Shown: piece after piece, positions 19,387-24,589 of the stretch | Layout: every line of letters begins with the position of its first letter | How positions within the stretch are numbered: position 1 is the stretch's first letter | Notes under the pieces: generated by a model | What the model was told of the DNA's origin: nothing | What the model saw: the letters and a program-made list of their open reading frames with translations, nothing else | Databases searched by the model: none | Translations under genes and position numbers: made by a program | Source: Pseudomonadota bacterium | Lineage (GTDB): Bacteria; Bdellovibrionota_B; Oligoflexia; Silvanigrellales; Silvanigrellaceae | DNA length: 24,589 nt | Direction: 5' to 3' | Assembly (NCBI GenBank): GCA_039799905.1 | Contig: JBDLRP010000005.1 | Location: 1 to 24,589 of the forward strand

Positions 19387-21642
19387 ATGGCAACTTCAAC
19401 ACCGATCCGCGAGATTTTGGAGTCTATCAACGCCGACTCGAAAAAAGACTTCAAAGAAAAAAACTACATCCTTTCGTTTGACGAATACCTTGATTTGGTA
19501 TCGCGCAAACCGCAGCTGTTGCTCCGCTCCTCCGCACAATACATGAAGGACATGATTGACTCGTTTGGCGTTCAGGAACAGACGATTGGTCACGAAGGTG
19601 CACGCCGTCACTTCAAAGTCTTCGAACGCACCCGTGGTCGCAACCGGCCGCCAATCGTCGGACAGCACGAGGCACACGAGCACATCTACAAAATACTTGA
19701 GCAGTTTGTCCGGCAGGGACGAGTCGACAAACTTATTCTTCTGCACGGACCCAACGGTTCTTCAAAGTCATCCACTGCCGAGGCCCTTGCTCTGGCACTC
19801 GAAGAGTACTCACGCTCTGACGATGGCGCCATCTATCGCTTCAACTGGGTCTTCCCCAATGACAAACTAGGCCACGAAGGATTGAGCGGAACTGACATTG
19901 GAAAGAAAATAGGCTTCGGCGACGCAGCTCCGCAGTGGAGTAACAAATCAACCTTTGCACATCTCACGGACGATGAGCTCCTCTGTAAAATCATCAGCGA
20001 GCTGAAGGAAAACCCGATCTTCCTCCTGCCGGCTGCCAAACGCCTTGGCTTTCTGCAGATGTGTCTGAAAAAAACCGACTCCGAAGAAATTCCGGCGTTT
20101 CTCACCGATGGCGACCTTAGCACAAAAAACCGCAAAATATTTGAATCACTTCTCGTTGCATACCATGGCGATCTAGAAAAAATATTCCGACATATCCAAG
20201 TAGAACGCTTCTTCTTCAGCTCGCGATACCGAACAGGAATTGCAACAGTCGAACCGCAAATGACAATCGACGCGCAGGACAAACAGATTACCATGGAGCG
20301 CAACTTGCAGAACATTCCGACGGTTCTGCAGAACATTCGCTTTTACGAGCCTTCGGGCGATCTGATTGATGCCAGCCGTGGATTCATCGAGTTCGCCGAT
20401 CTGCTCAAAAGACCACTCGAGGCGTTCAAGTATCTGCTGACCACAGTGGAAAAGATGAACATCAACCTTACTTCGGGTTTTGCAGACCTCGACCTTGTCA
20501 TGATGGGCAGCGCGAACGAGAAGCATCTCGACGCGTTCAAAGCAAGTCCGGATTGGCCGTCGTTCAAAGGTCGATTTGAATTGGTCAGAGTTCCCTATCT
20601 TCTGTCGTCAAATCTTGAGAGCAAAATCTACGAGGAAGACGTAAAGACCATTTCGCGGAACCGGCCTGTCGGCCCGCATGCTCTCGACCTTCTGGCGAAA
20701 TGGGCCGTTTTGACACGCCTTCGTCCTCCGGATCCGGAGTTTTTTGATTTCAACAGCCGCAACCTGATTGCACGACTCGACCCGTTCGAAAAGCTTGCCC
20801 TTTACGATGGTCTGGAACCGTCCATGCATTTCTCGGACGCCGAAAAGAGTCAGCTTAAAAAACTCGTTCCGGAAATCAAACGCGAATCACAAGCATCACA
20901 CTTCTACGAGGGGCGTTTCGGCGCATCGCCGCGTGAAATGAAGATGCTCCTCTATTTTGCCTCGCAGCATCCGACACGTGACCAAGTCAGCGCGCTGGCA
21001 ATCTTTGACGAGATTGAGAATCTTATGCGCGACCGCTCCGTATATGATTATCTTCAGTTCGAGCCGCGCAACGGGTACCACGATTTTCGTGAATTCCATA
21101 AGTTCATCCGCTTCACTTATGCACAGAATTTTCACCGCGAATTCATGATCTCGATGAATCTCTTTGACGAGAGCCAATACAACCGCGCATTTGGCAATTA
21201 CCTCAAGCACATCGTCGCCTTCCTGAAAAAGGAAAATGTCGTCAACGAGATCACGCAAAAGCTTGAGCCCGCCAGTGAAAACATCATGGAGGAAATGGAG
21301 CAGCTGCTTGGCCTCAACGGCGAAAAACGCGAACTGCGCGAATCACTTGTTGCGAAAGTCGCCTCATGGCGGGTCGAGAATCCAAATTCCGAACTCGAAA
21401 TAACAAAGGTTTTCAAAGCCGAACTGCAGACAGTCGAACAGCGTATCTATGAAAGCAAGAAAGAGCTCATCGAGCGCGTGCGCGTGGCGATGCTCACCTA
21501 CGGTACCGAAGACTATGAAAAACTGCCGGCAGAACTTCTCAAAAGCTGCGAAGAAACCTTCACAAACCTGCAGGCGAGATTCGGTTACTCTTGGAAGACG
21601 ACTTGGGAGAGTTTGGTGTTTTTACGCACTCAGGGTATTTAA
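19387..21642 (+). CDS. PrkA/YeaG-family AAA+ ATPase (annotated serine kinase)
   Basis: LSFDEYL, LILLHGPNGSSKSS, ELVRVPYLL..E.KIY, WAVLTRL and EG.FGASPR motifs. Start set at ATG 19387 after AGGA, avoiding overlap with the divergent PhoH gene. Confidence 0.85.
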   Translation: MATSTPIREILESINADSKKDFKEKNYILSFDEYLDLVSRKPQLLLRSSAQYMKDMIDSFGVQEQTIGHEGARRHFKVFERTRGRNRPPIVGQHEAHEHIYKILEQFVRQGRVDKLILLHGPNGSSKSSTAEALALALEEYSRSDDGAIYRFNWVFPNDKLGHEGLSGTDIGKKIGFGDAAPQWSNKSTFAHLTDDELLCKIISELKENPIFLLPAAKRLGFLQMCLKKTDSEEIPAFLTDGDLSTKNRKIFESLLVAYHGDLEKIFRHIQVERFFFSSRYRTGIATVEPQMTIDAQDKQITMERNLQNIPTVLQNIRFYEPSGDLIDASRGFIEFADLLKRPLEAFKYLLTTVEKMNINLTSGFADLDLVMMGSANEKHLDAFKASPDWPSFKGRFELVRVPYLLSSNLESKIYEEDVKTISRNRPVGPHALDLLAKWAVLTRLRPPDPEFFDFNSRNLIARLDPFEKLALYDGLEPSMHFSDAEKSQLKKLVPEIKRESQASHFYEGRFGASPREMKMLLYFASQHPTRDQVSALAIFDEIENLMRDRSVYDYLQFEPRNGYHDFREFHKFIRFTYAQNFHREFMISMNLFDESQYNRAFGNYLKHIVAFLKKENVVNEITQKLEPASENIMEEMEQLLGLNGEKRELRESLVAKVASWRVENPNSELEITKVFKAELQTVEQRIYESKKELIERVRVAMLTYGTEDYEKLPAELLKSCEETFTNLQARFGYSWKTTWESLVFLRTQGI

Positions 21643-21670
21643 GAGGGAGAAAAACCAGGAGATCTCTCTT

Positions 21671-22990
21671 ATGAAAATCCCAAGTCCGGGCGTTTTTGTG
21701 CGTCCGATTCTGCTGTTGTCCGCCGTTTCTCCCGCTGCCTCTCTGGGCTCCTCTGAGCGTGTCGTTCTCGACAACGAAAGTTTCACACTCGTCGAACGCA
21801 CCATTCTTGATGTGCCAAAGCCCGGATACCTGAGTTTTATAACCGATCCAACAAACCAGCAGGCGCATCTGCTGGTTTCAAGTTTTCGCCCCTTCGGCAA
21901 TGACAGCCTGTTTTCCATCACTCATTGGGATAAAGGCCTCGCCGATCCCAAGCAGCTCGATGTTGCAATTCTCAACGGTCAAATCACATGGCCAAATGAA
22001 GCACGCATGGCAAATCCGACAACTTTCAACAAGGAAGGTATTCTCGTTTCAGGGGGCTTCCTCGTCCCGGGCAAATCTACTGGAGCCGTCAGCTTTGCAC
22101 CCTGGACACACCCCGAACAACATCTGACGCTCACCAGCCCGAAAAAGGGATGGTACTACCACCGCACCGAAGAGTGGGATGTCAATGGTGACGGCTTCAC
22201 CGATATCATCACCTCCCGCGGCACAATCCCGATGATGGGAAAACCCGATGGCGAACTGATCTGGCTCGAAAATCCGGGTCCGTCCACTGGATCGACGCCG
22301 TGGAAAGAGCATTTCATTGCGCGTGGACCAGACGTTCACTTCAGAATCCTCAATGACATTACATCCGCAACCTCTGATCAATCACCACTGACTATCATCG
22401 CAACCGAATTTTCCGCACGAAAACTGACCGCCTTTAAGCAAAATGCAGATGGTACTTTCCAACGCCACCTGCTGGATGAAACCCTTGGTGCAGGATTCGA
22501 CATTCAAATCATCGACCTCAATTCCGACGGAACGCGCGAGTTGCTTGTCACCAATCATGAACCAGACGCCAAGGCATCAGTTTTCGCCTATGAGTTCAAT
22601 CCAGCGACACTCAAAATCATCAGCCGGCGCACACTCCTAACCGGTATCGAAACCCGCCAGAAGGGCATCAAACAAGCATCTCCTGGTACGATTCATGCAT
22701 TTCAGCCTTCAGCCCGCAGGGGAGCCAACACACTAAAACCTTGGATCCTCGTCTCAGGAGACGGCTCACAGCGTGCTCATCTACTTGTTCCGGCAAGCGA
22801 CACGGACAGCAAAAATTGGAAATACAACGAGCACGAAATTTGGAACGCAAAGTCAACGGTCGGACAATCAGCAGTCGGGGATCTCGATTCAGACGGAACA
22901 ATTGAATTGATGATTCCTGCTTATGACGCCAACAAGGTGGCAATCTTCTCAATTACACCTAAGACCTTGCAACGCAGTCGCAGACGCTGA
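21671..22990 (+). CDS. Secreted FG-GAP/VCBS-repeat (probable beta-propeller) protein
   Basis: RBS AGGAG; signal-peptide-like N-terminus; Ca-binding-type loops DVNGDGFTDII, DLNSDGTRELLV and DLDSDGTIELMI. Confidence 0.8.
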   Translation: MKIPSPGVFVRPILLLSAVSPAASLGSSERVVLDNESFTLVERTILDVPKPGYLSFITDPTNQQAHLLVSSFRPFGNDSLFSITHWDKGLADPKQLDVAILNGQITWPNEARMANPTTFNKEGILVSGGFLVPGKSTGAVSFAPWTHPEQHLTLTSPKKGWYYHRTEEWDVNGDGFTDIITSRGTIPMMGKPDGELIWLENPGPSTGSTPWKEHFIARGPDVHFRILNDITSATSDQSPLTIIATEFSARKLTAFKQNADGTFQRHLLDETLGAGFDIQIIDLNSDGTRELLVTNHEPDAKASVFAYEFNPATLKIISRRTLLTGIETRQKGIKQASPGTIHAFQPSARRGANTLKPWILVSGDGSQRAHLLVPASDTDSKNWKYNEHEIWNAKSTVGQSAVGDLDSDGTIELMIPAYDANKVAIFSITPKTLQRSRRR

Positions 22991-23013
22991 TCCGCCAGAC
23001 ACCCGCAATTCAC

Positions 23014-23045
23014 AAGCCGGACGCGGACAGCGGGCCGGCTTTTTT
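23014..23045 (+). terminator. Intrinsic terminator
   Basis: AAGCCGG...CCGGCTT stem with an inner CGC/GCG pairing, followed by a T tract, between convergent genes. Confidence 0.65.
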
Positions 23046-23047
23046 AC

Positions 23048-24589
23048 TCACCACTCTAAGGGAGAAGTTGGACGCAAGGTGCTATTTTCCTGGATGGGAA
23101 AAACTCCCTCATCGCCAATCCAGAGAAGTGGCGCGGAGGTGAGAACATCGCCCTCTCCCGACCGAACAATTCCACCAACCAGTCCGCCAAAGCCTAGACC
23201 ATGCTGTGTGACTGGCGATAGCTTGACCTCGGACTCTCCGCGATACTCTCCCTCTGCGACCCTCTGCAAAGTCATTACATCCGATTCAATGACAATGCGA
23301 TCATCAGACAAGGTCGCAACCATCATCTCAATGGGAGCATTTTGCAGAACATTGGCACCCATCCACTCCGCTGCAGAGCTATCCACCGACTGCGATTGAT
23401 TTTCATTCAAACGATTGTAGTGAATCTGCAAAAAAATCTGCCCATTTCTGTTAGACAGCTGTCCGCTCAAACGACCATGTCGTTTTGCCAACGGAGGAAT
23501 CTGCAATGGACCAAGCAGCAAAGGTTCGTCGCCCAGTTTCCATTTCAATTGTCCCACAACGGCCGGCTTTTCAGTCTGTGCAGGTAAGGTCGACAAATAT
23601 CCACGCACCGCCTTCGGCAAACGGACACTCGATATCCATTGTTGCTTATCGGCAGACTTGTTGAATTGAACCGGCAACCAGACCACTGGCCCGTCGTGGG
23701 ATTCATCGAGTTTCAATCCCAAAAGAGCAGACATGGTAGCGTTTCGGATGGGATGACGAATCTCACCCGAAGCAAGTGAGAGCAGTATCTGCGAAGGGCC
23801 TTGCCATGCCATCAGGGCATTTGCCGACAATGAAACGCGGGAGGAAAAGAATGGCCACGCAAGACGCGAATCGCGCGTTCCACCCAGCACTCCAAACAGA
23901 CTCATAAAGTCACGGAAAGGACCGGACGTCGGCGATTTGCCGCCTCCCTTTGCGGATGAAGGCGCATTGTTATTTGCCGCAGCAACACGCGGGCCCTGTT
24001 GCGTGCCAGCCACCTGCCGTTCATCGGCTGATGTATCAAAAAAACCTTTTGGTAAATTCCGCCACACCGCGTCCCGCTTTGAGAATTGCGTCTCGAGCGA
24101 ACTCCTCAATATCTGTCCTTCTTCTGCCGACACTTTTTTGAAAGCGTCGCGCAGAGGTTTCTCAGTCAGTTTGCCTTGCAGCGGACGACCGCCAAAGACA
24201 GCCTGCCCCATGCGCAGCGCGACCCGAGCAATCGGATCTTCAGACAATCGGGTGATCGTCTGAGTGTTGTCTCCGACCGGATAAGAAAAATTCAGCGGAC
24301 GAAGCCCTTCCAAAACCTGTCCCTCGGGCTGGGCGAGAGCCCACATGCTCAGCATGATCTGGTGCGCAGCCGACGTCTGATTCTTTGCCTTCACAGGGTT
24401 GAGAAGGTGCGAAGCGAGGTGTTCTTCTCGATCGACCTCACTGCTGCCCGACATCCACAAATGGTCATCCTGAGGCTGTACGAGCTTGATCGAGATATGC
24501 GGCTCCACACCGACGCCCTGAAGACTTTGTCCGGCAGGGGTAAAATAGTGTGCAACGGTGAGCTTCAGTGCGGTGCCTGTTGAGAGTTC
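23048..24589 (-). CDS. S41-family carboxyl-terminal processing protease with long C-terminal extension (5' part outside the window)
   Basis: The frame stays open upstream of the ORF-track start to the window edge: ELSTGTALKLTVAHYFTPAGQSLQGVGVEPHI, the S41A LKLT.A.Y.TP.G..IQ..GI.PD motif, followed by REEHLASHL. Confidence 0.85.
   Translation of the reverse strand, partial: ELSTGTALKLTVAHYFTPAGQSLQGVGVEPHISIKLVQPQDDHLWMSGSSEVDREEHLASHLLNPVKAKNQTSAAHQIMLSMWALAQPEGQVLEGLRPLNFSYPVGDNTQTITRLSEDPIARVALRMGQAVFGGRPLQGKLTEKPLRDAFKKVSAEEGQILRSSLETQFSKRDAVWRNLPKGFFDTSADERQVAGTQQGPRVAAANNNAPSSAKGGGKSPTSGPFRDFMSLFGVLGGTRDSRLAWPFFSSRVSLSANALMAWQGPSQILLSLASGEIRHPIRNATMSALLGLKLDESHDGPVVWLPVQFNKSADKQQWISSVRLPKAVRGYLSTLPAQTEKPAVVGQLKWKLGDEPLLLGPLQIPPLAKRHGRLSGQLSNRNGQIFLQIHYNRLNENQSQSVDSSAAEWMGANVLQNAPIEMMVATLSDDRIVIESDVMTLQRVAEGEYRGESEVKLSPVTQHGLGFGGLVGGIVRSGEGDVLTSAPLLWIGDEGVFPIQENSTLRPTSPLEW

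Noticed and set aside
21449..21670. N-terminal extension of the FG-GAP ORF overlapping prkA
   Set aside because: ATG 21671 has AGGAG and yields a signal peptide at the N-terminus.

Overview
Core chromosomal region, most consistent with a Bdellovibrionota/Oligoflexia- or deltaproteobacterial-type genome (inferred from the split atp operon with b'/b, parAB-bactofilin and the PrkA type). Left to right: the end of the dcw cluster (murC 3' end, divergent ftsQ, ftsA, terminator, ftsZ); a minus-strand hypothetical gene plus GT4 glycosyltransferase; the F1/peripheral-stalk ATP synthase operon (fused b'-b, delta, alpha, gamma, beta, epsilon; no a or c genes); an orphan HTH protein; two parS sites; parA-parB-bactofilin; uppP and a PIN-PhoH gene; a PrkA/YeaG-like ATPase with a secreted FG-GAP repeat protein; and the 3' part of an S41 protease with a long C-terminal extension. 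I saw no RNA genes, CRISPR arrays or mobile elements. The most unusual signals are: (1) a single ORF encoding both stalk subunits joined by an internal signal-peptide-like segment, a possible b'-b polyprotein; (2) an FtsA whose two nucleotide-binding acidic residues are both Asn; (3) an FtsZ with a ~285-aa N/Q/G-rich linker; (4) a degenerate enhancer-binding-like HTH gene between the parS pair and the atp operon. All calls come from motif recognition by eye; no database searches were run.
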